Positions 1-13,800 of a DNA stretch of 64,000 nucleotides are shown here, in pieces. The stretch lies in contig JAQFVV010000003.1 in the NCBI GenBank assembly GCA_028023455.1, positions 19,158,001-19,222,000 on the forward strand. The letters run 5' to 3'. The stretch is from Epiperipatus broadwayi. Lineage: Eukaryota > Animalia > Onychophora. Position numbers and translations under genes: made by a program. Numbering within the stretch: the first letter of the stretch is position 1; every line of letters begins with the position of its first letter. Below the pieces are notes generated by a model. It worked only from the letters and a program-made list of their open reading frames with translations, was not told the origin of the DNA and searched no databases.

Positions 1-1847
1 TGTTAATAATTACCCCCTTATTAATCTGATGTTAATCTGGATTAAATTGATGTCAACCATCCATTTCCCAAAATACTGGGCTGTTATCAGTCTGTCAAAT
101 TTAACCAGAAGAATACAATCCATGGTTTGACATTTTTCAGTAAATTCTTGCATGAATCCCTAAGTCCTCTTTTTTTTTAAACCCTTGGCTAGCTGGTTGG
201 CTTCATACTTTTCCGAAGATGGAAATTCCTCTGCATACTTCAGGTGCAGCTCAGGAGACACTTTCCCCCAGAGAGAAATCCTTAATTCTCTCGAGCCAGT
301 GAACATTTTCATAGCAACTTACAGCAGTAACTTTAAATAAAAAGTTTTAATAATTAATCTTGAATAAAAGAAGATTCCGTAATTTATACTATTTTCAATT
401 CTCTCTGCACCTTTAATTAATTTTATTTTCTGAAAAGGATTCACACCTTTTTGGTTACTTAAATGTCTTTTTTTCTTTTGGAATTTTTAATTTTAAAAAG
501 CTCTTGATTAATTAACAAAATTTACAAGGGATAGACTCTTATAATATTTTTAATTAAAAATCAATATTTATCTTGGATTTCAACAATAGAGTTTAATTGT
601 GACCTTTTCTAATTTTATCCAACCCACCTTTTTCCCAAGAATTTTAACAAAATAAGCTTTTACTAAAAAAAAACCTTATAATTCAAGATAACTTTAACTT
701 GAATTATAATCATCTTAAATAATTTTTTAAAAATAATACATTAAATAATTTTATAAAATTCTACTTATAAAGTAATGAAATAGCTACGAAATTAAATGTA
801 TACAAAAGTCATGTCTATAATGCTTTTTAATTCTGTGAAGCCATGTTATGCGATAACCATACCTAACAAGTACTTTTGCTGTAGTGGATAATAATGATAT
901 TTCACAATAATTACTGCCATCTTACTTTTTATTTTTAAAAATTTCAAATATCTCATCAGGATTTGCAGCCTTTTCATTTTTAAGATTACAAAGAACTCTT
1001 TGATTGCAGTAAGCTGCAAGTCTAAATGAGTAGATAAAATATATTTAAAATCATCATTTCAATTCTTGTAACATTCAAAAAATGATCAAAATATTCTTTT
1101 CACCTGCTTAAAATATTGTCTTTATATAAGAGCATCATTGTTGTATTTAATAGGATTGTGATACTGTTTGTCAGATCCATATAGTGCATAAAAAAAAAGA
1201 TCTAATAAAAGTATTATCTGTGTAATAAATGAAACTTGGAATTAATTTTATAAAATTTATTATATCCATTACTAATTAAATATTAATTTGCAGCTAGCAT
1301 ATACTATAATCATCTCTAATAGCATATGTGTAACTTATGACAATATTTATTTCTATAATTAATATTGGTATAATAAATTTAAAAGATTATCAAGTAATTT
1401 TATTATATAACATATAATGTTAAATTTGGTCTCAAATTTTTTTTCAGGTTCTAATCATGCTTAATATTTCCTATTAGAAGTATAAATCATTGTCTGTTTG
1501 CTCTAAAAATGAGATGTTAGAATAAAAAATTGATCATCATAGTCAAGCTATTACTGATTATAATCAAGAGTTTAAACTTTTTATCATAGTCATCTGCCTA
1601 ATTAATTTAACCTGTACTTAAGCCAAAGAATTCAACATGCAATAGTATATGTAAGGTTTGTAAGCAAGCATTGCTAGTAATTTTCTTAGTTTAAGTAAAA
1701 GATGAAATACATAGGCTTATATATACCTGTGTCTATATATGTAATAGACAGGGTATGAGCACAGACTTTCACATGACCCACCACTCTCCACACTATCTCA
1801 TAATACTGATACACCTGAACACACATATATTGAAAAGATAAATAATC

Positions 1848-1891
1848 ACCAATATACGTATTTCATGCTAAACCAGCAATCATCAGTTGGT
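1848..1891 (-). ncRNA. Minimal type I hammerhead ribozyme (left arm)
   Basis: Minus strand reads ACCAA CTGATGA TTGCT-GGTTT-AGCAT GAA ATACGTAT A TTGGT. This gives a 5-bp stem I, the CUGAUGA/GAA core, stem II TGCT/AGCA, a palindromic stem III and an AUA cleavage triplet. Confidence 0.85.
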
Positions 1892-1994
1892 CCAGATTAC
1901 CATCTCTACACATATATGCTACAAGTGCTCAGATTTGCTATCTTAATATATATCTGAGCACTTGTAGCATATATGTGTAGAGATGGTAATCTGG

Positions 1995-2038
1995 ACCAAC
2001 TGATGATTGCTGGTTTAGCATGAAATACATATATTGGT
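1995..2038 (+). ncRNA. Minimal type I hammerhead ribozyme (right arm; stem III palindrome carries one G>A change)
   Basis: ACCAA CTGATGA TTGCT-GGTTT-AGCAT GAA ATACATAT A TTGGT. Confidence 0.8.
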
Positions 2039-2502
2039 GATTATTTATCTTTTCAGTATATGTGTGTTCAGGTGTATCAGTATTATGAGATAGTGTGGAG
2101 AGTGGTGGGTCATGTGAAAGTCTGTGCTCATACCCTGTCTATTAGTTTAAGTAAAGTAATATTAATGAGTTCTCTCTTTTTTTATTAAATAAAAATATTC
2201 TTAGTTTAGGCATATTTAGTTGATTTTGATTATTTATTAATTGCATCTTTATAAAATTTATTTTAATTTTTCTAATTTTGTTAAAATTTAATTATCATAT
2301 TTATCTAATATTAACAATAAAATGTTTTATTCTGAAAGATAAGTTTTCAATATATATTTCTTAGAATGTATTTGGAATCTGAATTTGATTCAGATAATTT
2401 AGAAAAAAAATTATATGTTATTTTTATTTCTAGTTGTATTTATTTTAATTATTTTTGTTTTTTATTTAGAGTATTTTTTATTTCTTCTTCACTATACTGG
2501 TA

Positions 2503-4458
2503 ATGACTCACAATCAAGCAGCCGAAGTTGCTCTAGGCATAGTTTCAGCTGTCATTTCAGGAAAAATGAATCATACTCTAATACCGTTTGACCAACTTCC
2601 TAAAAACATAAATATAGCTTCTAAAACTGCAGATAAATATCTGAAATCTTATGGTTCTATTATTACTTTTGTAAAAGCTCATCCTGGCTTATTTGGAATA
2701 AAAGATAATTGCGTTTATCTTAAAGTTAACTATTTTTCACCACTAGTTAAAATGCTGAGCGAGCACCTTACAAAAACGGGTATTATTCATTCAAAAGATG
2801 TTGAACTTATGACTAAAAGTATGTCTGATGTTGAAAAATTACAACTTGAATCTGGTATTGATGTCTTTTTTGCAAAACATTATTGTTCTTTTAAAGTTTT
2901 GCCAAATTGTGAAGTTACTTTGAGATCAGAAATTGATCGTAAATTTATAAAACATTTGGTTAATAAGTTATTGCCTAATGATTTGAGTTTAGATGACTTG
3001 CTTAAAAATTTATCTGATGAAGAAATACAATGGATGGGTACAACAAAACATTTAATTGAAAACTACATAAAAAATAACACAAATGTATTTAACTATAGTA
3101 ATGAAATTGTAAGTTTAAACACGAATATAAGAAATATTTCTACGTGTATGATTATTTCAGAAGTAGGTCATATGGCTGCAAATGAAAATTCAAAACTGTC
3201 AAACAATATACAAGCATATGGTAAAATTACATTAATTTTAGAGAATGCTGCAGTTATTTATTGGGAAAAAGCAAATGTCTATATTTGGGCAGATAAGGAC
3301 AAATTCACAAATAAAAATATTAATTTAAAAAATATGTTAAAACTAGATGAAGTATTTGATTTTACTGCAAAAAGAGTAAATATTTCATCAATGTTTAAGG
3401 CAGAATATGTGTGGAAAGCAAATAATATAAAGAATAAAGTAACAGGACACAGTGGAAGCATTTTCGCTCTTAGTGAAAAACATGGAATTATAATAAATAA
3501 ATTAGGTTCTGTAGATGTTAGTGTTGATGTTTGTTACTGTGATCTAATAAAAGTTAAAAATTTATTTGAGTTTTTAAAAAAAAATGATCAAGTTTGTTAT
3601 GATGCTAAAGTAATTAATGTGAATGGATTTTCCAGGTTGCAAGCTGAACTTGTATGGAAAGGGAAGAAACCCAGAATTAATGCAGCTGTTTTCCCTCATG
3701 CAAGTGGTAATGTGTATAGTAAACTTGTTACAGAAGTTAAATCATCATCCAATACTAATTATCAGCCTCTTGTATTGTTATCCAAAACAAATGTTTCTGA
3801 CAATAATATAAATGGACAGTGTGGAAAAATTTCTCTAATAAATGAAAATCATGGTATTATAAAATATAAAAGCTGTCGGATAGAATTCAGTATTGTTGTT
3901 TGTTATCGATATGGCAAAAAAATCAATAACTTATACAATTGCTTCAAGGAAAATGATTATGTTAATTTTAATGCTGTATTAGTTTCAATCAACAATTCTT
4001 TCAAATGGCAGGCAACTTGTGTATGGAAAGGTTGTAAACCAATGCTAAATGAAATAAATTGCAATAATTTAGCCACAGAGACTAAACCCTTATCCATTTC
4101 AGATACTAAATCCTTGCTCAAATTGTCTCCAGCTAGTTCATTAAGTAGTACATCATTGCCTAATTTAGATAAGCTTACAAGTGATAGTAATCAATCCTTG
4201 GAAAATTATAGAAGTGAACCATCTGTTGAAAGTGAACATGAATTAAAACATGATTATTCATCACAACATTTAGATACATCTGATGATTTGGATCATTTAG
4301 CAAGCGAGTTAAATCGTGATTGTGTTGAATTTAGTAATCATTTTTTAAGTCAGTTGGAGTGTGAAGAAAAGAGTTTTCTGAAAAGTAAAACTAAAGATGT
4401 TGCCTGCCAAACTGTCAGTACTGGAGACATTCTTAGTTTTAAATTGTTTTTAATATAA
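2503..4458 (+). CDS. Egalitarian-related protein, paralog 1: 3 winged-helix (LOTUS-like) repeats, 3 cold-shock/OB-like repeats, C-terminal LC8-type QT motif
   Basis: Intact 651-aa ORF in a stop-rich background. Three ~68-aa repeats end in F..H...F.....V.L (aa 1-205). Three repeats G.I......G.I...F.A......A..VWK lie at ~3217-4041. C-terminus DVACQTVSTGDILSFKLF. Splice-acceptor-like AG at 2468-2469 and AATAAA at 4511-4516. Paralog at 42686. Family assignment is from recalled Egl motifs, not a search. Confidence 0.8.
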   Translation: MTHNQAAEVALGIVSAVISGKMNHTLIPFDQLPKNINIASKTADKYLKSYGSIITFVKAHPGLFGIKDNCVYLKVNYFSPLVKMLSEHLTKTGIIHSKDVELMTKSMSDVEKLQLESGIDVFFAKHYCSFKVLPNCEVTLRSEIDRKFIKHLVNKLLPNDLSLDDLLKNLSDEEIQWMGTTKHLIENYIKNNTNVFNYSNEIVSLNTNIRNISTCMIISEVGHMAANENSKLSNNIQAYGKITLILENAAVIYWEKANVYIWADKDKFTNKNINLKNMLKLDEVFDFTAKRVNISSMFKAEYVWKANNIKNKVTGHSGSIFALSEKHGIIINKLGSVDVSVDVCYCDLIKVKNLFEFLKKNDQVCYDAKVINVNGFSRLQAELVWKGKKPRINAAVFPHASGNVYSKLVTEVKSSSNTNYQPLVLLSKTNVSDNNINGQCGKISLINENHGIIKYKSCRIEFSIVVCYRYGKKINNLYNCFKENDYVNFNAVLVSINNSFKWQATCVWKGCKPMLNEINCNNLATETKPLSISDTKSLLKLSPASSLSSTSLPNLDKLTSDSNQSLENYRSEPSVESEHELKHDYSSQHLDTSDDLDHLASELNRDCVEFSNHFLSQLECEEKSFLKSKTKDVACQTVSTGDILSFKLFLI

Positions 4459-6429
4459 CACATCATTACTTATTATTACATTTATATTATTGTTAAAGTT
4501 ATGAAAATTCAATAAAATTTGTTATTCAAGTCTAAAGTTTAGATATGTTTTAATTTAAAAATTTTGCTTTTCTGAAATTAATACATTTATTAACATATCA
4601 ATACTATAAAAATCTTGCTTAAGACCCCAAATTAAACTTATGATTGTATACAATTAGAGTAAAAAATAAGGTACCAGAAGAATCGAATACCATTCTTATT
4701 AATAATAGTATCATCTTCAACAACTACAATGTAAGCAATTGTGATTTAAAAGATAATCATTGAATGCAAACTGCAAAATTTAGCACCTTCTATCAGAATG
4801 CTAACTAGTTAGAAAGTAAATGGATAAATGCACTGCCATTTAGTTTCCACCAAAATAACTTGTTTATTTACATTGTGGCTGCTAGAATTAGAAGATAGGT
4901 ATCAGTACTATCTAAATGTAAAATGGTACCATTAATGATATTTAATCTCTGGCATTTTATATTGGTTTATTGCATATATTTATGCATAAGTATGTATTTG
5001 TATATATTATGATTTTTACTCATCAAACAAATTTAAATAGCAAATTCTTTTAATATTACACAAGCAAACAGTTTGTGCTAAAAAGCTTAAGCAATATTTT
5101 AATATAGTTAATGTGTTGAAACTTTTATGGTCATTAGCATAGATATTATGTGGATGCAATCTTTAACTAATCATTTCTTTTGCTTAAATAAAGATTATTT
5201 AACTGGAAATCTTTTAAAGTAGATATTTGTTTTGATCATATTGCACTCTAGTGTTCATTATTGTTTCATTTCTTAAGGCTAAAATGGATTATATTTATTT
5301 TTAAAAAATATTATGAGCGATGTGATACTTGATTCATTGTAAATTTAGAGGAAATTTATTAATGTACTGTGCTTGACAAATCTTGTCAATGGGGACTAGT
5401 TTATATTTAGCTGTGAATAATTATAATTAAAAATCTTGTCTAATCTATAAGTTTGGAATAAAATAATAAGTGCATATAAAATAAAGAACTAAGGATTTAT
5501 TAATAAAAACATAACTAACAAAAATTCTTTAAATTTTTAATTTGTATACTTTTGCATTCATCATCATTGTCAGAGTAGAATGTAGTTGATGTTCCATGCC
5601 TGATTAATACTAATACAAGTATTAGTGGCAACAAACATGAACTTTTTTATAATCAAAGTTGTATGTATGGAAGTTGTTCATTATACTTTATATAGACCAA
5701 TAATTGATTTGTTCCAATTAGAAATTGTGATTGATAAATGCTAGTTTTCAGTTGGGTCGTATAAAGGCTATATAAATAATAAACAGTAAAAGTAAATCTT
5801 TAAAAAATGTTAGATCAATATTAAGGCATATCTGGAATTTATATTGTGATTAAAAATTTATTTTTTTGAGATGGGCAAGTGTTGTTTTTATCTAGAGTTC
5901 AATGTGATTTGTCTAACTGATAGTGCATCATGAAGTTTTCCATTATAATTTTAGAAATTTTGATAAATTTTATATCACTTAATTGTGCATAGTACTTCAT
6001 TTATAATCACTTAATTGTTCTGTCATTTTTCAAAATGGAAAATTATTATTGTTATTTGAAATTTGTTCTAAAACATAAATTTAAATAATTTTTTGCCCTA
6101 TTATCAGTATTACTTTGTCTCTAGAATTTTGTTTTTAAAAATTATTTCTTTTTAAAATAGGCAAGTACTGTAATATCTTTGATACTTAAAATATATCAGA
6201 AATCTTTTTGGAATTATAATTTGAATGACATTATTAGATTTTAGAATTTATATCTTATTTAGGCTTATAATCTGGGTGATTTTAGAATTTACAATATCTT
6301 TTTGGCATTATAATTTGAATTAAACTTATAAACTTTGTAGGAAGGAAATTGATTTTACACTTATTAAATTGATGTACTGTATAAATATGTATGTATATTT
6401 TGTGCACACTTTGAATTTGCAGATTATAA

Positions 6430-7255
6430 AAACGTATTTGATCCTACAAGTGTTTCTGCAATGATTAAAGCTTTGGACTATCAAGAAGATATAAACCGGG
6501 GTATTGTCATATTCTGAAGAATATTTATTAAAATGCAATAGTAATAATTAAATTACATGATTAATATTGAAAAGAGTATATGACAGGGTGATCTCCAAAC
6601 TTTTTACAGAAGTTTTACAAAAATTAATTTTATGTGTAAAAATGAGAATTAAAGAAATAAAAATGCATAGAAATTAAACCATCCAGATTTTGCTAATGAT
6701 GTGGTTTTGCAAATAGTTCTTCAGATCTTCAGGAAATACTGCAAGAATTATCAGTTGAAAATAAAAAACTAGGACTAAAAGAAATACTAATAAGACTAGA
6801 ATAATGATTTTGTGAGAAGAAAATAAATATTGGTTAGATTATTGGATGAAATTAATCATAGAATCAAACTTGAAGGTAGTTTTTTTATAGAAATAAGGGA
6901 AATCATATCTATTTGTTTGAAATAGTGCTTTAATATATGTATTTTACTAATACTTACTTATAGATCAGAGACTTGGATATTTAACAGCGACCAATATAGA
7001 AGCTTCAAGTTGCTCAGGAAAATAAGGAGTGCATGTATCATTGATATCACTAAAAAAAAGTAAGACACTGAAATAGAGCCGTGCTGAATATATTAGAAGT
7101 GATGGAATCCCAGGAGAGTGAAAAAAGACCCAGAAAGAGACTATATGTGAAATGGATGAATAAAATAAGAAAGTTTGTTGGTGGAATTTGGCAGAGACTA
7201 TGGATTAGAAAAATTAGATTGGAGAGACTATCCTGTTTTGGATCGATAACAGTTG
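6430..7255 (+). mobile_element. RTE-clade LINE, 5'-truncated decayed fragment
   Basis: Decayed RT motifs (AFD...IKALDYQ, RQGD.SPKLF, NHPDFANDVVL) and a 3' region similar to the copy at 24.3-27.8 kb. Boundaries approximate. Confidence 0.75.
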
Positions 7256-7810
7256 AAAATTATAGGACAGGGGTTGCAAAATGCAGCATTTGCCATTGAA
7301 AATGAAGATAATTAGAGTCGTATTGATTTTGAGTACACCAATCGATTATTTAATTTCTGATAGAAATAATACTAGAGGAATTTTATTCTTGTCCAATTCA
7401 ATTAGGAAATCTTTATCCACTCCAATTTGTACATTGAATTGTATTTAATATTAAACAAGTATTTGATAATATGGGGGTGATTTGATTGAATCTTTTTCAA
7501 AGAATGTGAACTTATTAAAAGCTGCAGTACTTTTATTTGCATGTACAATTTCTTTATGTCTGTTTATTATGGTCTTGTTAGCTTTATTCTTTAAATGTAT
7601 AAATATTCAAAGCCCATTTAAGATCTTATTTTTAAAAGATAGGTTTTTTTTATTATTTTTGATTGTCAAATTAAAATTAGCAGAAACTATCTGTATTTTC
7701 CCAAAATTGTTTTATTTTGTTTTGCAATTAAGTGATTATGTTACTGGAGCAACAGCATTATTGTAAACTTGAGTAACTATATTCATATGCAGCAACATCC
7801 TATCCATATC

Positions 7811-7848
7811 GTCAGACTAGTTACTCGCCTATGATTTTTGTCAGTGAG
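7811..7848 (-). ncRNA. Degenerate family B hammerhead remnant
   Basis: Minus strand CTCA CTGACAA AAATCATAGGCGA GTAA CTAGTC TGACGATATGGAT aligns to family B CTCA CTGATGA TGGCCACAATCCA GAAA CTAGTC TGGTGATATTGGAT. The core is mutated. Confidence 0.55.
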
Positions 7849-10800
7849 GAACTTAGATCTTAATTGAATATAGCTGGATCTTTATGAATTAATACACTTT
7901 CTATTCAGCAGACTTTTTTTAAAACTTTTTACTCTCAGCTTGCTTGCTTAATTATATAGTTCTTACATCAGTTTAGTAACTGCATATTTTGGTGTCCTTA
8001 ATTTTTATAATAATTGTAGGTATCTATATGCTTTGGCCAGGATTGGTGCAGATGATAGTAGTAAATTAGAATAGAGTAATGTGAAAGTGAAAATTATATT
8101 TTTTGGTTTTAAATCACTTTCCGCATTTTATAGGCTAATCAAAGAACTGATCATTCTCTATTTTTGCCATCACAGTACATTAGTTTCAACTGACTTAAAG
8201 TAGAATATACAGTACATTGTGTTTATTTTGTTTTTACATCCTTTAGTACATTACAAGGATTCTAAAAAAATAAGTTTTTGAAAAATATTCATCTGAATTC
8301 CCAATTATTATCTATAATTCAGGATTTCCCATAAATCCATTATCTTAAAGTTAACATGTATTTATGTAGAATATAATGCATCTGAGAAGGAAAATTGAAG
8401 ACAAAAAAGTGTTTTAGAATTTAACTGACGACAGAATTATGCTTATTAAAAAGTTTAAGAAATTGGAAACATATACAAATAGACTTCTGAGATCAACCAA
8501 TGAATGATATAATGACTGCTGTTTTTGTTTATTATAGAAGAATCTTTACTGAATATTTTCCCCAATTAGTCACATAATAGAAGTACTGAGTTATTGTGTT
8601 TTTTCTTATTCTGGCATCATTGTCTGGGTTTAGTTCAGTTGTAGAGTGATTCATCAAAAACTAAAGATTTATAATTTGTGGCTCAATCTGTCGCTTCTGG
8701 AGTTGAAACTTTTTACAGCCTCCTAAGTAACAAATTATTCATACATTTATCCTTTATGACTCATTGCATCTAAATTTATGCATTGAGAATATTAATGGAC
8801 ATGAAGAACAATTTATGTAAATAAAAACTTTTATCCTTTTTTTCCTTTGTAATATTGACTTATAATATATGCTATAAATATTTTGTATAGGTAGTAAGAT
8901 AGTTGGACTAAAGTTTATATGGTATTGCACCTGTGATGATAACAAAATGTAATATGTCACTGTCTCAAGAACATAATGTGTAAGCCAATCTTGCAAGTAA
9001 AAACTCAAATGAGAATGTAATAAAAGAGTAGTTGTACTACAGTTTCCGTATTTAAATGATCTTTGTATTTTGATTATAAAATTTACATATCTTTGAAAAA
9101 ATAAATTGTTACAATTCATTAAGTTTTTTGTTTTAAATTACATTGAAAACTTTTTCACTTAGAGAATTTGTAGCAGATATTGGTTGCGGGGGGGGGGGGG
9201 GATTAAAGGATGATCATGATCTTGGGGATTTGCAACTTTGGGATATTATAATTCTGAAAATATAGATTTTATTGGCATCAAGTATGTCTGTTTTATTTCA
9301 GTGAAACTTAATTTCTTTTTTTTTTTTTTTTTGTAGGGAGTCTTTCATATATATTCCATTCTATAACCAGAGATCTGTTAGTTACCTATATTTTTGAAAT
9401 ATTTCTAAACATTCCATGCTTACCATTATTACACATGAGAATGGAATGTTGTTTTAAACAGAATTGTCCTTTTAGGAAGTGGATCTTTTTTTTTTAAAAA
9501 AAAATAAAAGTATATTTTTGAGACACAATTTAATTATTGAACTGGTCAGAGTAATGTAAGAAAATTAATTATTTAATCATTTTTTTCTACATCAGTCCTT
9601 TCCAACATTCATTTAGTATATGAGATTTTTTTTATTTTGATAGTTTAATTAATATAAAATATCATAAAAAAAACTGCAAAGATTTCAATCAGAAGATGGA
9701 CTCATGCTAATGTAGCAATAGATTCTTCAATTATTAATTATGTAGATCATGTATTGTATTTGTCCACATTTACATAAATTATTAGTTGTTAAATTATTTT
9801 ATGAAGCCGATTAATACATTGACTTTGGGTTGTTCTACTTTGGTGTTGAGAGTTTACTTATATTTAGGAAGATCAAATCTAGGTAGTTAATTGTTGGATC
9901 TGGAGGGGGGGGTACAGTATTTAGAATCTCTCATAAATATTAAATTTTTATGCCATAATTCTTTGTTTATAGATTTTTGGCAAAACATTCAAAAAAGGGA
10001 ATTTGGATTTGAGACAAATCATAGATAATGAAACTATATTTTGAATTACTAGCAAATTAAGTTTGCTTAACAGCATGTGTGTTTATACATTTTATGTGAG
10101 GCAAATTCTATATCTGGTGGAGACTCGAGTATGTCAGTAATAATTCCAATTTATATCATATGGATAAATTAATGATCTATATATAAAACAGTCTTAAAGT
10201 ATGCATTTGTTATAGATCTATATTTTTTTAATCTCGTAACTGCTTTAAATCTTTAAATATTGGCAGTTGATATTTCAGTTTTTTATATTTTTCAATCTTA
10301 AAGATTGATAAATTTCATTTTTGAAGATGCACAAAGATCCTAAGTTGATTATACATATATATATATTCTTATGACAAACAACTGTAATTTTTTTTTGTAC
10401 AGTTGCATGCATTTTGTATATATTATCATGCACATGTTTTAATTTATTGTTAAATCAATGATTTCCTTTTGCAGATTTTTGAGTTATTGAAATATCAGTG
10501 TGAAGTAGAAATTAAAATCTCAAAAAATTTGTCATAGCTTGTGTATACTTAACAAATGTCTATCAAATTGTTTTCTAAACTTTTTTTTAAAATTTCTTCT
10601 GAAGAGAATACTGTTAATCCAAATATCTATTATCCTAACAGAATTTTTAAAGATATTCTTAAACATTTTACAATAAAAACTTTGTACTCAATATGATTGC
10701 ATTGCTATTTAGTAGTCTGTTTTAAAAATAACTTTTGAAATTAGCGAAATGTTAAAGCAACGCATTTCTGATATTTGTTTTATAATTTTTCTCAATAGGA

Positions 10801-13800
10801 TTAATGAAACTATTATTGAAATATTTGAGAGAAAATGTTTCAATGATCTGGCATTTTCATTGATTTTTTGCACAGCATTTGTTAGTTATTACATTTTTTT
10901 GTCTGTCTGCCCATAATATTGTCAAATAACAATTTTTTTATAGATAATAGAAATATTTAATTAAAACAGAATGCTTAAAAAATTATTTTGGGAGAACAGT
11001 TTTTGATAATGATTACTAAAAGTAATATACTCACCATTTCAAAAATTATACTTTAGGTCAGATAAATAATTTGTTTGTTACTTAATGTTAGAAGCAGTTA
11101 TTTTAGACTATCATTGAATGATAATACTTAATTATTGTTGCTATAATCTGTTTTAACATATCTTTTGAAGATGATAATGGTAACAGTTAACTCCAGAATA
11201 CAGATTATTTAAGCACAGTAAATCAATGGAAGAAAATGGTGTAATATAACCAGATATCTATTTTCTGGCATATGGGTCTTCTTTTTTTTAATAAGGAGAT
11301 ACTAATAACATTTTTATTGATATCAAATGTTTGTAGCTAGTTAATTTAGGTTTAAACATTCAGTTAAGTGAACTGTCATTTATTTTATTGACTTTGAAAA
11401 TAAGTCATGGCTAATAAGAAATCACTGAATGGAAAATGCAAATCCAATGCTCTAACAAAAATCCAAATAGTAAACAATTGTAGGAATTTGGAATTGACAT
11501 TTAGAGTCTATCATTGCTTATTTTTCAATGTTTGGAATTAAGTTATAGATTTCACCACAATAATAAAATGTTTATTTGTAATCTTTTAACAAGTGACATT
11601 GTTAATATAAGGAATAATTATATAAACAAATTTAAAGAGGATATAGTTATCAGTAAAATTTACAAAATGATAAGTTTCTGCTGCTGAAAGAGAGGGTGAT
11701 GGAAATATGTTAGCTAGAAAGGATAAAGAAAAATGTGTCATCCCAGTTTTGGAATGTTAGATATTATTAAAGTATTAGGAAAATTAATAAAGTTTTGAGG
11801 ATATGATAAATAGATTTTGTGGAGTTAGTTTGAGGCTAAAATATTTGTGTGGGGATAATGGTGTTAAATTTTTAGATGTGTGAAATGTGTTCACTAGAAC
11901 TTATTTAAAACAGATTATATTTATTACAGGTGGGAGGGAGACAACATATCAGTTGAGTTAATTTGTAATTAATGTTATGATTCATTAAACTAAAGAATGG
12001 GGATGGAATATATATATGTAATTCAATAAGAATATAGTGTTTGAAATAAACATGAAAAAAAAGAATGTGTACATTTATGATTGCAAATAAGGTAATATGG
12101 ATGAAGAGGTGAAGGATGTAAGAGTAGAAAACTTTTTTTTAAATAGAAACTGCCTGGAAGTTATAAGACAGAATATAAGGATTTAAGGATGTTAATGTAA
12201 AAAAACTTGGTTTTATAAATATGTAACATTTTAGAAATATGAATAAATGTAAAGAATTGGAGGTTTTTGTATGAAAGATTTGTTAATAGTGGTACAGACA
12301 TGTTTTTGGAATGAAAAAAAACCTACATTTTCAGAATTGTAAAAGAAAGGGGCTAAATAGATATGATTAAAAAAAGAGGAGTTATAAAATTATTGTTAAA
12401 GAGGAGAAATCTTAGAAATTATAAATTTCTTATGTGGATTAAATTGAAATTGGATTTAAAAAAATGAATGTGTAGCATAATATATTTAACTTCTGGAAAT
12501 GGCAAGGATGTGAAAAAGATGATATGAAAGTATTTGGAAACTTTTATATAAGAATATAAATGAATTTATGAAAGAATAGTTTTATATTGATTGTGGATAA
12601 TATGAATGATCATATTAATGAAATTGATGGAGTGGAAAATATGAATGATGTATTATTAAAAAGGATGTGTAGGAAAGATGGATTGATAAATTTGAGTAAA
12701 GTAGAAGATAGAAAGTTTAAAAGGGCAAGCAGAATCTGAAGTAAATTTTTTATTATGTGTTGGTTTATAAAGAGAATTGAGAAAAAAACAATTTAAGGTA
12801 TAAAGTATATGAGAGGAATTATAATTTTATGTTAATAACATTAGAGATATCAGAAAGTTTAAATAATGAAATTTATAGTATGATTAGTAGAGATGATTGT
12901 GGAAATATGCAAGTCTTGAAAAAATATATGACAGGTGTTATTTTAGAAGTTGGAAAGAATTGATAGATATGACGAAGATTACAAATGAATACTTATTTAA
13001 AATTAACAAGATTAATATAAAAAAAAAATCAAAGGAAATTTTTTTTAGAAAATATAAAAGGTATGAAGAGATTATAGTGAAGCTGTTAAAAACCATATAG
13101 GAGAAAACATGGTAACAGTTAGATGCTATAGTTACTAAAGAACAAAAAAGTAACTAAATTAGAATTAAGATGGAAATAGGGTGAACTTAATAAGTTACAT
13201 TAAGAAATTAGTACTGCAGAAAGGAAGGGAAGATTGTGCAAAATTTTATAGATATATGAAGACAGAAAATGCAGAGAGAAGAGAGTGTGAAAATAGGGAA
13301 TAACTTGAAAAAATATTTAATGGATTTGTATAAAAACTTTGGGGGTAGGAGAATTGGTATATGATTAATTAGAAAGTTTAATTTTTGAGGAAATGCATAG
13401 AATGATAGATGTCAAATTTGGAGAGCAATAGGCAGAGTGGAAAATGCAAAACCACTAGATATTATGGCAGTTTAAATGGTAATTGGTTTGGAAAAGTATG
13501 CAAAGCTTGGTTTAAAGGTAAGTTTTAATAAAATTGTAGTTAATAATAAGATTCCAAATGAATGAAAGGTGTGAGAAATAGATTATTATATAAAGGGGAC
13601 AGATTTAGATTTTTAAATACTTAATAATCCTTAGTAAAATTTGCATAGCTTATAAAATATTTATACATTTTTTTAATGGGAGAGAATGAAATCTTGGATG
13701 AGATTCAAATTGGATATTGTTCAGAAAGAATAAGAGATAATTTACGTTGTATTTATTTATTAATTTATGTATTGCATTTTCAGATATAGAAAAGGCTTAT

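Larger units (their letters stand above)
1700..2141 (-). mobile_element. Fold-back hammerhead-ribozyme element, family A (non-autonomous, Penelope/retrozyme-like)
   Basis: Inverted arms 1742-1934 and 1952-2144 (193 bp, 2 mismatches) with a 17-nt loop and a ~42-nt unpaired tail at 1700-1741. Flanked by direct repeat TTAGTTTAAGTAAA at 1686-1699 and 2142-2155. One HHR core per arm. Confidence 0.85.

Noticed and set aside
1-330. GC-richer segment with a short minus-strand reading frame (MKMFTGSRELRISLWGKVSPEL...)
   Set aside because: Broken by a stop or frameshift and cut by the window edge. No recognisable motif.
3279-3811. Small overlapping ORFs (3279-3461 minus, 3623-3811 plus)
   Set aside because: Shadow frames of the 651-aa gene.
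8754-9119. 121-aa minus-strand ORF and similar 60-120-aa AT-rich ORFs elsewhere (7482, 14550, 46064, 53641, 61242)
   Set aside because: Low-complexity F/I/L/K composition expected by chance, or antisense to repeats. No homology motifs.
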